Assembly (NCBI RefSeq): GCF_009914755.1
Contig: NC_060937.1
Reading direction: 5' to 3' (one strand)
Length of the DNA: 64,000 nt
DNA from: the human T2T-CHM13v2.0 reference genome, Homo sapiens
Each line of letters starts with the position of its first letter. Within the stretch, counting starts at the first letter, position 1. Positions 18,030 to 33,414 of the stretch are shown here, piece after piece. The position numbers and the translations under genes are program-made. The notes beneath the pieces are model-generated. The model was not told the origin of the DNA. It ran no database searches and saw only the letters and a program-made list of their open reading frames with translations.

Positions 18030-18920
18030 AGCCGCTTCCGGGAGCCGGGCGCCGGCGGCACGCCCCGTCCCCGCCTCTCAGGCCCGCCGCCTCGGGGGCG
18101 CCCGCTACGCGCCGCCGCCTGGAGCCCGGGAGCTGCGCACCGCGTGCGAGCGCGGCCGGGACCGACGGGTGACGCGGCGGGAGGAGACGCGGCGGGAGGA
18201 GGCGAAGCTGGCGACGCCAAAGGGAGCCCAGAGCTACGCCCAGGGGTGAGGCGAGGGCCGCCTGCGCCGCTGGATGGAGAGGGTAGCAGAGCGCGCGGCA
18301 AGGAGGCCGGGTCCGGAGGTGCCCACGTGCACGAACCCGAGTGAAACTTTCCGAAATTCACTATCCGAGTCTAGGCGCCGACACAGAAGGTGGAGCAGGG
18401 AGGCGTCGGCTGTGCCCGCCCCTGCGCCGCAGAAACGCCCCCTCGGCTACGGGTTTGGGAAGACTGGGAGACAGCTGCCTCGTGCTCTAGCAGCCCGCCC
18501 CCTGGGCGCCTTTCCCTTCTCAGGACCAAACGACGGTGCCATGGGAGGCTCTTCAACCTGTGAGCCAAACATTTGACCTTGGACGACAGCAAAGTTTAGC
18601 CACAGATTATCCTTGTAGAGCTGCAAGACCTCAAGAAAGCCGGGTAACTCGAGAGTATGACCCAGATGAATTCGGGAGATGGATGAATGCTGTCGTCGAT
18701 GGGGGCGGGCTTTAGGCATCTCACATGTTGCATGCTACGGTGGACCTCTGAGCTTTTTGCTGCCCCCTTAGATTGGGAAAGGAATATAAGAGGAAAGAGA
18801 GACTGCCTGATGATTTCTGTCGTCAAGCCCTAAAGCCTAACAGATAACAGTGGCAAACGACACGTGGGTTCCAGAATACCAGTGATGTTCATGTGCATTT
18901 CTGAGTGCGTAGCCTCACTA

Positions 18921-18940
18921 GTGTGTGTGTGTGTGTGTGT
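18921..18940 (+). repeat. (GT)10 microsatellite ~0.9 kb upstream of the ABCC4 TSS
   Basis: Read directly. Confidence 0.95.
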
Positions 18941-19137
18941 GGCAGTCTCACACACAGTGTCACGATTATGGCTCATTGCACCCTCGACCTCCCAGGGCTC
19001 AAGCAATCCTCCCAACTCAGTTTAAGTAGCTAGGACTACAGGCACCCGCCACCACACCCGGCTCATATTTTGTAATTTTTGTAGAGATGCAAAAATCAAA
19101 ATCAAAGGCTCCAAGTTCAAATACTGATAATTTTTGA

Positions 19138-19404
<267 letters not shown>

Positions 19405-19830
19405 TGAGGAAGGTGAAGCTGAAAGGCAGAACTTGTCCAGTCTTAGAGCCAAGAAAGGATAAAACATGATTTGCAATAAGCCTATGTCTAAGCATGGCCT
19501 GTCTCCCTGGTGGATGGCCAGTGTGCATGAGAAGTGCCCAGAATATGCTGGTTGAATGGCTGTAGGAATGAATGAACAAAATCTTGTTCCAAGCTTGTGT
19601 ACTCCCACCTCTAAGTCTTCAGTCATTTCTGTGGCTACCTTAACAAGGTCAGCAGCTGCTCTTCATATCCACCCTGAATGAAAAAAAATGAAAGGCTCCA
19701 AGTTCATGGTGCTTGGAACAAGATCATTTTATTGTTCCTTGATAATTTCCCATGTATATTTGCTAAAATAGTATAGTTAATAGCTTTTAAAGAAAGCCTT
19801 ACACAAACACATATTTAAAAGTCAAGCACA

Positions 19831-20717
19831 GGCTAGCCAGCATAGTGAGGCTCTGTCTCTACCAAAAGTTTTAAAAATTAGCCCAGGTGTGGTGGCGTAC
19901 CCTTGTAGTCCCAGCTACTCGGGAGGCTGAGACAGGAGGATGGCTTTAGCCCAGGAGTTCCAGGCTACAAGGAGTTAAGAAGGTGCCCACTGGGCTGGGC
20001 ACAATGGCTCACGCCTATAATCCTAGCACTCTGGGAGGCCGAGGCAGGTGAATCACCTGACGTCAGGAGTTCGAGACCAGCCTGGCCAACATGGTGAAAC
20101 CCCATCTCTACTAAAAATACAAAAAATTATCTGGGTGTGGTGGTGGATGCCTGTAATCCCAGCTACTCAGGAACCTCAGGCAGAAGAATCACTTGAACCC
20201 AGGAGGCGGAGGTTGCAGTGAGCCGAGATCATCCCACTGCACTCCAGCTTGGCAACAAGAGTGAAACTCCGTCTCAAAAAAAAAAAGAAGGTGCCACTGC
20301 ACTCCAGGCTGTACAAGCCCATAATCCCAGCACTTTGAGAGGTGGAGACAGGAGGATTGCTTTAGCCCGGGAGTTCTAGACCAGCCTGGGCAACATAGGG
20401 AGACCTCATCTCCACTAAAAATGTGAAAATTAGATGGGCATGGTGGAGTAAGTCTGTAGTCCCATGTAACCTGGAGGCTCAGGTGGGAGGATTGCTTGAG
20501 CCCAGGAGTTCTAGACCAGCCTGGGCAACAAAGGGAGACCTCATCTCTACTAAAAATGTAAAAATATGATGGGTGTGGTGGCGTGAGTCTGTAGTCCCAG
20601 CTGGAGGTTCAGGTGGGAGGATTGCTTAAGCCCAGGAGTTGGAGGCTACAGTAGGCTATGATCACACCACTGCCCTCCAGCCTGGGCTAAAGAGTGAGAC
20701 TCTGTCTCAAAAAAAAA
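19831..20717 (+). mobile_element. Compound Alu block (AluJ-like pieces, a nested AluS and a trimeric Alu) bounded by one TSD
   Basis: aaaagtcaagcaca at 19817-19830 and 20718-20731; inner AluS ~19992-20286 flanked by aagaaggtgcc(c)actg. Confidence 0.8.
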
Positions 20718-22191
20718 AAAAGTCAAGCACATAAGAATGGCAAAATATTGATAATTTTTGAAGCCAAATGATGTGTCATAGGGGTTTATTTTCTTACATT
20801 TCATGCATGTTTGAGAATGGTTTTCTTTTTGGAGATGGGGTCTCAGTATGTTGCCCAGGCTGGACTCAAGCTGCTGGGCCCAAGGGATCCTCCTGCCTCA
20901 ACCCCTCCAAGTACCTGGGATTGTAGGCACTCGCCAGCATACCAGCTCATGTTTCAGAATTTCTGTCACAAAAAGGAACACAATATTTTAAGTTGACTAC
21001 TGTGGGAAAGCTATGATCATTCAATAACCTACCTTTCTGATAGCTCTTTCTCAGATAATATAAGCTATAAACCAAAATAGTCAGCCTTCACCTGATTTAC
21101 AGTGCCCTTTGAAACTTCCTAAGTTTTCTAGCCCAGTAAATGCTGAGCTACCAGTTCTACTTCCAAGCTAGAGAACCTGTTTACTAAAGTTAGAAGTCTA
21201 GTGACTTCCTCTGTCAGACTGTCCCAGAATGCTCTCCCTACCCCCAACAACTGTGTAAGAACCGTCATTAGCCATCTCCAAACTGCCAAAGTGCTCAGTC
21301 CCTTCGGCTCCTGCAGAGGCTTATTTTTTTCTTAATTAAGATCTTTTGGAACTTCTTAACATTCTTTCCTGAACATTAACAATGTGGTGTTTGGAAGAGA
21401 TACTATAGAGCAGTGTCTGACTGCAGAGAGGAGTGGATATGGAACCAGGGGGCCAGGGCTTTATATCTTTTCACTTGTTACCTAACCTTTCTGACCCTTA
21501 TTTTTCTCAGGTCTAAAATGGGGTCGGGGCGGGCGCAGGGGCTCATGCCTGTTATCCCAGCACTTTGGGAGGCGGAGGCAGACAGATCACCTGAGGTCAG
21601 GAGTTAGAAACCAGCCTCGCCAACATGGCAAAACCCCCTCTCTACTAAAAATACAAAAATGATCTGGGCGTGGTGGCATGTGCCTGTAATCCCAGCTACC
21701 TGCGAGACTGAGGCAGGAGAATTGCTTGAACCAGGGAGTCAGAGGTTGCAGTGAGCCGAGATCATGCCACTGCACTCCAGCCTGGCGACAGAGCGAGATT
21801 CTGTCTCAAAAAAAAAAAAAAAAAAGATAAAAATTAGCCAGGCTTGGTGGCATGCGCCTGTAGTCCCACCTACTTGAGACGCTAAGGCAGGAGAATTACT
21901 TGAACCTGGGCTGCAGAGGTTGCAGTGAGCCATGAGCCAAGAGCTCGCTGCTGCACTCCAGCCTAGGTGACAGAGCTAGACTCCATCTCAAAAAAAAACA
22001 ACAACAATAAAATGGGGTCAGGCAGGGCATGGTAGCTCACACCTATAATTTCAACATTTTGGGAGCCCAAGGCAGGAGCATCACTTGAAGCCAGGAGTTC
22101 GAGAGCAGCCTGGGCAATGTGATGAGATGCCGTCTCTACAAAAAATAAAAATAAAAAATAATAATAATAATAGTAATAATAATGTTTTTTA

Positions 22192-22404
<213 letters not shown>

Positions 22405-22903
22405 TCACAGGATTATTGTGAGTCTCACAACTTGTGAATACACTCTGAAGGCAATATACAAATTAAAGGATGGGGGTTTTTTCCCATTCATTCAATAAAT
22501 CGTTAGTGAACGCCTTCTGGATACATGACAGCTAGGCCAGGGAATGAGCCTGCAAAGACGAGGAAGATGTCTTCTTTTTTGTTTGTTTGTTTGTTTGTTT
22601 GTTTGTTTTTGAAACAGGGTCTAGCTCTCACCCAGGCTGGAGTGCAGTGGTGCAATCTTGGCTCACTACAACCTCCCGGGCTCAAGCCCATCCTCCCATC
22701 TCAGCATCCCAAGTAGCTGGAACTACAGGCACGCACCACCATGCCCAGCTAACTTTTGTATTTTTTTGGTAGAGAGGGGGTTTTGCTGTGTTGCCCAGGC
22801 TGGTCTCAAACTCCTGAGCTCAAGTGATCTGCCAGCCTCAGCCTCCTAAAGTGCTGGGATTACAGGTGAGAGCCACAGCACCCAGCCTAAAGATGTCTTA
22901 AGA

Positions 22904-24002
22904 ATAGGCATGGGCAAGGACCTCATGTCTAAAACACCAAAAGCAATGGCAACAAAAGCCAAAATTGACAAACGGGATCTAATTAAACTAAAGAGCTTCT
23001 GCACAGCAAAAGAAACCACCATCAAAGTGAACAGGCAACCTACAAAATGGGAGAAAATTTTTGCAACCTACTCATCAGACAAAAGGCTAATATCCAGAAT
23101 CTACAAGGAACTCAACAAATTTACAAGAAAAAAACAAACAACCCCATTAAAAAGTGGGCGAAGGATATGAACAGACACTTCTCAAAAGAAGACATTTATG
23201 CAGCCAAAAGACACATGAAAAAATGCTCACCATCACTGGCCATCAGAGAAATGCAAATCAAAACCACAATGAGATACCATCTCACACCAGTTAGAATGGC
23301 AATCATTAAAAAGTCAGGAAACAACAGGTGCTGGAGAGGATGTGGAGAAATAGGAACACTTTTACACTGTTGGTGGGACTGTAAACTAGTTCAACCATTG
23401 TGGAAGTCAGTGTGGCAATTCCTCAGGGATCTAGAGCTAGAAATACCATTTGACCCAGCAATCTCATTACTGGGTATATACCCAAAGGATTATAAATCAT
23501 GCTGCTATAAAGACACATGCACACGTATGTTTATTGCAGCACTATTCACAATAGCAAAGACTTGGAACCAACCCAGATGTCCAACAATGATAGACTGGAT
23601 TAAGAAAATGTGGCACATATACACCATGGAATACTATGCAGCCATAAAAAATGATGAGTTCATGTCCTTTGTAGGGACATGGATGAAGCTGGAAACCAAC
23701 ATTCTCAGCAAACTATCGCAAGGACAAAAAACCAAACACTGCATGTTCTCACTCATAGGTGGGAATTGAACAATGAGAACACATGGTCACAGGAAGGGGA
23801 ACATCACACACCGGGGACTGTTGTGGGTGGGGGGAGGGGGGACGGATAGCATTAGGAGATACACCTAATGTAAATGACGAGTTAATGGGTGCAGCACACC
23901 AACATGGCACATGTAGACATATGTAACAAAACCTGCACGTTGTGCACATGTACCCTAAAACTTATCAAGTATAATAATAAAAAACAAAATAAAATAAATA
24001 AA
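22904..24002 (+). mobile_element. 5'-truncated primate LINE-1 (L1PA4-like), 3' ~1.1 kb with A-rich tail
   Basis: ORF2p C-terminus ([20 protein letters not shown]...[18 protein letters not shown]...MFSLIGGN) with one frameshift near 23110. 3' UTR taatgtaaatgacgagttaatgggtgcagcacaccaacatgg...gtaccctaaaactt. Confidence 0.93.
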
Positions 24003-24699
24003 TGCACAGTTTAGCTGGGGGAAAAAGAAAAGAGACAGGGTCTTATGTTACCCAGGCTGGTCTTGAACTCCTGGGCTCAAGCCATCATCCTGCCTTGGCT
24101 TCCCAAAGTGTTGGGATTACAGGCACGAGCCTCCAGGCCTGGCCATAAGCTTTCTTTGAAGGCTTCTCTAGAGAGCGTCCTTTTCTTGTCTCCTGGTAGT
24201 TCTTGGTAGTGCCATGCAGGCCGCTGTCTATGGCTGTGAGTATAAAGGCCCGCAGGTGAGGGGACGAGGCATGGGATGGGTGCTGGGATCCTGGGCTCCT
24301 TGGCCAAGCTATATGCTCTGGGTATGACTGCCTCAGCCCCTGGAAAGGGCACCTTTCTGTCACTCACTCAAAGGTGTTCTCTCTGGCATGAACACAGTGG
24401 CCACCTCCCTCTCATTTTTCGGCCTGCTTCAATTAATATGTGACTTTTGACTTCCCTGTCTACAATTCCCTTCTCCACTAAGTGAGGCTAAAGCTTTGCT
24501 TTTGGTGAAACATGACAGCATTCTACTGCTAATTCCATCATGCCACCTGTAAGCCTAACCCTTCCTCTGGTTTCCTGTGTGACATGCTATATGATACTGG
24601 GCCAGTCACTTCACTGTGTTGGCCTCAGTCTCCTAATTTGTAGAATGGGGGACGGGTTGCATTAGACCTGGGGATACTATGATTATTTCTGAATAATGC

Positions 24700-24950
24700 C
24701 TTTTAACCAATCGAATGTTGCCTTTTGCGATACTACCTATGGCTTGCCTGGGCACACCCACATGTGCACTGGGGGAATGGGGGGGATCCACCAGGAATTT
24801 GTGCCTTATGCAGGGGAGGGGCCTGGCCTCTTCAGCTCATCCATGGTAGCCCTGGTATTCAACTGTGAGGGGGAAACCTGCTTGGAGAACCCCTCTCTTT
24901 GCCAAGAGCTTTCCTTTCGCTTAATAAATTCTGCCTGCCTCACCCTTCAA
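24700..24950 (+). mobile_element. ERV1 LTR fragment (MER83/MER61-like) ending shortly after its AATAAA
   Basis: tgcactgggggaatggg...gcaggggaggggcctggcctc...cgcttaataaattctgcc...ctcacccttcaa; similar to the MER61 copy at 43388. Confidence 0.6.
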
Positions 24951-24968
24951 AAAAAAAGAAAGAATGAC

Positions 24969-25132
24969 TTGTCAAAGGAAAAAATATTAGGGCCACTTCA
25001 AGCTGGGAACTGCTCAGGGCAAATCTGCCTCCCATTCTATTCAAAGTCACCCCTCTGCTCACAGAGATAGATGCATATTCTAATTGCCTCCTTTGGAGAG
25101 ACTTATCAGAAACTCAGAAGAATGCAACCATT
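24969..25132 (+). mobile_element. MER4A1-like LTR 5' fragment
   Basis: caagctgggaactgctcagggcaaatctgcctcccattctattcaaagtcacccctctgctcac...gaatgcaaccattt; stops at an Alu and does not resume. Confidence 0.75.
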
Positions 25133-25339
25133 TGGCTGAGCACAGTGGCCTGTAATCCCAGCACTTTGGGAGGCCGAGGTGGGTGGATCACCTGAGGTCA
25201 GGAGTTTGAGACCAGCCTGGCCACTTTGGTGAAACCCCGTCTGTACTAAAAATACAAAAAAGTAGCCGGGCGTGGTGGCAGGTGCCTGTAACTCCAGCTA
25301 CCTAGGAGGCTGAGGCAGGAGAATACTTGAACTTGGTAG

Positions 25340-25696
25340 TTTCACTCGTGTCCATGTAAAGAGACCACCAAACAGGCTTTGTGTGAGCAACAAGGCTGTT
25401 TATTTCACCTGGGTGCAGGCGGGCTAAGTCCAAAAAGAGTCTGCGAAGGGAGATAGGGGTGAGGCTGTTTTATAAGATTTGGGTAGGTAAACGAAAATTA
25501 CAGTCAAAGGGGGTTCTCTGGCAGGCAGGGGTGGGGGTCACAAGGTGCTCAGTTGGGGAGCTTTTGAGCCAGGATGAGCCAGGAGAAGGAATTTCACAAG
25601 GTAATGTCATCAGTTAAGACAGGAACTGGGCATCTGGACGTGTACATGCAGGTCACAGGGGATATGATGGCTTAGCTTGGGCTCAGAGGCCTAACA
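25340..25696 (-). mobile_element. HERV-H solo LTR (LTR7 family) inserted into an Alu right arm
   Basis: Reverse complement TGTTAGGCCTCTGAGCCCAAGCTAAGCCATCATATCCCCTGTGACCTGCA...TATAAAA...AATAAACAGCCTTGTTGCTCACACAAAGCCTGTTTGGTGGTCTCTT...GTGAAA. 5-bp TSD ggtag/gatag; host Alu resumes as aggttgcagtgagc. Confidence 0.92.
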
Positions 25697-26109
25697 GATA
25701 GAGGTTGCAGTGAGCTGAGATCGCACCACCGCACTCAAGCCTGGGCAACAAGAGCAAAACTCCATCTCAAAAAAAAAAAAAAATCATGAATAACTTGGCC
25801 AGGCGTGGTGGCTCACCCCTATAATCCCAGCACTTTGGGAAGCTGTGGTGGGAGGATTGGTTGAGCCCAGGAGTTCATGACCCAACCTGGACAACATAGT
25901 GAAAACCCATCTCTACCAAAAGAATTAATAAAATTAGCCAGGAATAGTGGTGGAATCCCAGCTACTTGGGAGGCTGAGGCAGGAGGATCGATTGAGCCCA
26001 GGAGGTCAAGGTTGTAGTGAGTTGTGATTATGCCCCTGCACTGCAGCCTCAGTGACAGAGTGAGAACTTGTCTTAAAAAGAAAAAAAAAAAGGAAAAGAG
26101 AAAAAAATA

Positions 26110-27494
<1,385 letters not shown>

Positions 27495-27625
27495 ATTGGC
27501 TTCCTTCCCTCTTCTGTCTTACTTCTCTACTCCCTACAAGTGTTTTCTGGGATCACCTCCAAATAAACTACTTGCAATCTAATCCTGTCTCAAGTCTGCT
27601 GCTGTGGGAACCCAAACTAAGACAC
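27495..27625 (+). mobile_element. LTR16-like (ERVL) 3' fragment, host of the HSMAR2 insertion
   Basis: ttggcttccttccct...ctgggatcacctccaaataaactacttgca...gggaacccaaactaagaca. Confidence 0.65.
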
Positions 27626-27699
27626 CTGCAAAAAATATCCTTCCAATTACTGAAAAATATGTTCACTTGCACCCATAAAAGTGTTTGCTAATACCGTAG

Positions 27700-27905
27700 A
27701 CCCTTGGCTGTACAATATGGTAGCAGTATCCACATGAGCATTTTGGGACTTGAAACGTGGCTGGTCCCAGTTGAGATGTTCTGGAAGTATAAAACACACT
27801 GACTTCAAAGACAGTGTCAAGAAAAATGTGTTTAACGTCTCATGAATGATTTTTTTTTACATGGATTACATGTTAAAATGATAATATTTGGACACATTAG
27901 TTAAA
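27700..27905. mobile_element. MER3-like hAT MITE
   Basis: ctgtacaatatggtagc...acttgaaacgtggctggtccc...gattacatgttaaaatgataatatttgga. Confidence 0.6.
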
Positions 27906-28321
27906 AACAGAAAGTCAGCCCCCCAACATTTCCAGGTAGAGAACCTATCAAAGGAGACTGAAGTGAGAAGAAAAATAGAGTCACAGAAGTGAAGAAAATG
28001 TTTCAAGAAAGGAAAGCTGGAGCCCATGCTTCTGAGAGGCTGGGAAATTGAGGACAGAAGAGCAGCCACTGTATTTAACAACGTGGGGACCTTTGGTGAA
28101 TTGATCAAATCAGTATTTTAAAGAGAGGGAGACAGACCCTAATTAAAATATATTGAGGAGAGAATGGAATGTGAAGATGTAAAGACAGAGGTTATACACA
28201 ACTTCTCTGAGAAATGTTGCTGTGAGGAGAGAGAGAAAATATGTAATTGTAGGAGAGAAATCCTTGGGAAAGCAGTCCTCCACACCGTGGACTATTCCAT
28301 AGCCAATTTTAACAACATAGG

Positions 28322-28667
28322 TGATAGGGTTTGGCTCTGTGTCTCCAACCAAATCTCATCTCGAATTGTGATTGCCACAATCCCCACATGTTGAGGGAGA
28401 AACCCGATGGGAGGTGATTGGATCGTGGAGGCAGTTGTTACCATGATAGTGAGTATTTTATAAAGGGCTCTTCCCCCTTCACTCCTTGCTCCCCTCTCTC
28501 CTGCCACAATGTGAAGAAGGTCCTTTTTTCCCCACCTTCTGCCATGACTGTAAGTTTCCTGAGGCCCCCTCAGCCATGTGGAACTGTGAGTCAATTAAAG
28601 CATTTTCCTTTATAAATTACCCAGTCTCGGGTATTTCTTTACCGCAGTGTGAGAATGAACTAATATG
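28322..28667 (+). mobile_element. MaLR solo LTR (THE1D/MSTA-like)
   Basis: tgatagggtttggctctgtgtc...gccatgtggaactgtgagtcaattaaa...ataaattacccagtctcgggtatttcttta...gaactaata; 5-bp TSD atagg/atggg. Confidence 0.85.
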
Positions 28668-28674
28668 ATGGGTG

Positions 28675-29115
28675 TAGTAGATGTTGTCAGTGCCTGACCA
28701 GAACCCCCAGGCCCTTACCATTTCACACTAGCCTGACTTCCGGCATCTCTGCCTCAAATCCTTCTGCTCCACCAGAGTTGGTTTAGCCCAAGTACAAGGC
28801 AGGCCAGGGAGTTAGTGTCTCCCTCTGCCCTCCTCCAGCAACAATCAACTAATAGATAGACAAGAGCTGGTGTATAAATAACGGCACTCACTCACTCACT
28901 CCTCAGGTAACTGAGGTTTGCGTTTATACTGTCTCCTAAATTTCCTCAGCAGGATTACTCTCCAGTAGCCCAGACTGGGACATGTCTGATGATATACCCT
29001 TTATTGGCTTCATTCCCTCCCCTGTCTCACTTCCCCACTCCCTGGTGGGTGTTTCCTGGGATCACCTACCAATAATCTCTTGACATTCGAACTCTTGTCT
29101 TAGGGTCTTGTCAAA
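28675..29115 (+). mobile_element. LTR16-like (ERVL) LTR
   Basis: ggtgtataaata...cccttt-attggcttcattccctcccctgtctcacttcccc...ttcctgggatcaccta. Confidence 0.6.
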
Positions 29116-30104
29116 CAAAGACAATAGAAAATATTCATATAATGATATAAAACCATTATACCTATTATGTACAAGAATGCATGAAACTAAGAAAGACTGG
29201 AAGAAAACATTCCAAAATAATAACAGTGATTAGTTCTGTATTGTGGGTAATTAAAAATCAAAGCAAACCTTTCTTTTCTAAAATGAGTTCATTAATTTTT
29301 TATTTTTTATCTTTTTGAAATAGGGTCTTGCTCTGTCACCCAGGCTGGAGTGCAGTAGTGTGATGACGGTTCACTGCAGCCACAACCTCCTGAGCTCAGG
29401 TGATCCTCCCACCTCAGTCTCTGGAGTAGCTGGAACTGCAGGTGTGCGCCACTACACCTGGCTAATTTTTTGTATTTTTTGTAGAAATGGGGTTTTGCCA
29501 CATTGCCCAAGCTGGTCTCAAACTCCTGGACTCAAGGGATCCTCTGTCCTCAGCCTCCCAAAGTGCTGTGATGATAAATGTGAGCCACCGCAACTGAGTT
29601 CATTACTTTTTTTGTTTTTTGATTTTTAGTTTTTTGTTTTGTTTTTTTAGAGACAGGGTCTCTCTGTCACTCAGGCTGGAGTGCAGTGGAGTGATCATAG
29701 CTCACTCAAGCCTCAAGGGCTCAGGTGATCCTCCCACCTCAGATTCCCAAATAGCTGAGACTATATGCACATGCCACCACAGTTGGATAATTTTTTAAAC
29801 TTTTTTTGTAGAGACAGGGTCTCATTATGTTGTAAGGCTGGTCTTCAAATCCTGGCATCAAGCAATCCTCCCACCTTGGCCTCCCAAAATGCTGGGATTA
29901 CAGGTGTGAGTCACTGAGCCTGGCCTAAAGTGAGGTTTTTTTGTTTGTTTGTTTGTTTGTTTGTTTTTAATTAAACATTTGTTTTAAAAAAGAAGTACTG
30001 TAATTACAATATACAGATTAACAGGTTTTGTGAATTCCAGAAGTCTATCTTCAAAAAAACAAACCTGTTCCTAAACAAAACCATCACTGATGTTAACTTT
30101 CTCA

Positions 30105-30509
<405 letters not shown>

Positions 30510-31431
30510 TCACTTTGGGAGGCGGAGGCAAGAGGATCACTGGAGCCCAGGAGTTCAAGACCAGCCTGGGCAATATAGCAAAACCCTGTCTCTACAAAAA
30601 AAAAACCCAAAAAATCAGCTAGGCATGGTGGTATGCACTGGTAGTCCCAGCTACTCAGGAGGCTGAGATGGGAGGATCACTTGAGCCTGGGTGGTCGAGG
30701 CTACAGTGAGCCATGACTACACCACTGCACTCCAGCCTGGGTGACAGAATGAGACTGTCTCAAAAAAAAAAAAAAGAAAGAAAAAGAAAAACATAACAAA
30801 AAATCCAGGATCCCAAGAAATTAGCTTCAGTTTAGAATTATGCTTCAGACCAAATATTATATCATAGAAAGGAAATGTATAAATGTATGGCAAAATATGA
30901 TTTTTTTTCTTTCAGTAGCTATACTTCACTGAATGAGTAATTGTACCTTTTTACTGTTTCACTAAATCCTTACAATACTACTCTGAGGAATGTATTATTG
31001 TCTTTTTACAGATAATAAAGCCCAGAGAAAGGTGAAGTACATTCTCCAAAATGGAAAAAAAAATAAGATTTGCCAATGCCCATGAACATTGTACCACTTT
31101 GGTCTGCCTCTCTCTCCACTTCAGATGTCATGTTAGAGTCAGCAGCAGATCAAGGAACAGTCACTGAGTAAACATTTCTGATGTGGTTGATGTAATCTAG
31201 CACCACGAGGCTGGACGTGTATGAAGCCAGATTGCAAAAGCAAACAGGTGCCTTAGGGCAACTAGAAATGGGGACACCACAGCTATGTTGGGTAGAATGA
31301 CAGGCAGGAAAGCCATGGCCCTTCAAAACCTACAATATAGACATTATAATCAGAACAGTAGAAAAAATCAACTTGTCTAGCAGAGACATCCATTTTTTAA
31401 AACTGCCAAGGCTCTGATAATTGTAATTTTA

Positions 31432-31710
<279 letters not shown>

Positions 31711-31978
31711 CTAAACTCCATCTCAACGAAATAAAAATAAATAAAGTATATTTGACCTTAAAGGACTAAAATTGGCACAGATTACATAGACACCTATTGT
31801 AGAGAAAAATTAAATTAGAACTAGATTATTCAATGACACATTACATAAGAACAACAGCTCTTATGTACCCATCAGCAGTATTTGCTGAATGTGTACAGGA
31901 AGCCATCACTCACAATTTTATTTACAAATAAAATGTAAACTAATCTTCAAGAGATAAGGGAGAATCTTGTGCCTGCTA

Positions 31979-32468
<490 letters not shown>

Positions 32469-32472
32469 CTAA

Positions 32473-32939
<467 letters not shown>

Positions 32940-33414
32940 TGATCCGCCCACCTCGGCCTCCCAAAGTGCTGGGATTACAGGCGTGAGCCACCGCACCCGG
33001 CCTCTTAGGCTGTTTTATGCACTCTTGGTGTGTAATTCTTAGTGGAGCAGTGGGCTATAATGTGCCCAGTCAGTCCCCAGTGTGCTCTAAGGGTTGAGGT
33101 CCGAGCTTTCCCTGCCAGCTTGGGTTGGCAGTTCTTTAGCTACTGAGGGGAAGGTGGTGCCGGTGAGCTGGTCTAGAAAGTGAAAAATCCTAGAGATTAC
33201 AGCTCTAAGAAGACAGTGCCCAGAGTATCCTGAAACACACGGTGCCCTGAGGATGATGGAGGAGGCTCGAACCCTGTGCTTCACAGTTACCTCCAGGGCT
33301 GGATGGTGCTGTTTTAGAGTATCAGATGATGGCTTTCCTCCAAGTCAACCTGGCCTGAGTACACATACTGTGGAAAAGCCACAAGCATCCACTGTTTCAC
33401 CTCGCAAACCTAAC

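Larger units (their letters stand above)
17380..18560. promoter_or_regulatory. CpG island / TATA-less ABCC4 promoter
   Basis: Abrupt rise in GC and CpG density spanning exon 1. GC boxes at 17803-17810 and 17903-17910, ETS/GABP-type CTTCCGG at 18035-18041 next to the TSS, GCGTG at 18142-18146, E-box CACGTG at 18324-18329. Confidence 0.93.

Noticed and set aside
17311-18826. Long overlapping ORFs (334, 215 and 167 aa) on both strands
   Set aside because: Stop-poor CpG-island artefacts with Pro/Ala/Arg/Gly-rich translations. The real coding segment is the 74-nt ABCC4 exon, in a frame the track does not list.
23047-23769. 240-aa ORF with a CCHC-like motif
   Set aside because: C-terminal fragment of L1 ORF2p from a 5'-truncated, frameshifted copy with no promoter, endonuclease or reverse transcriptase.
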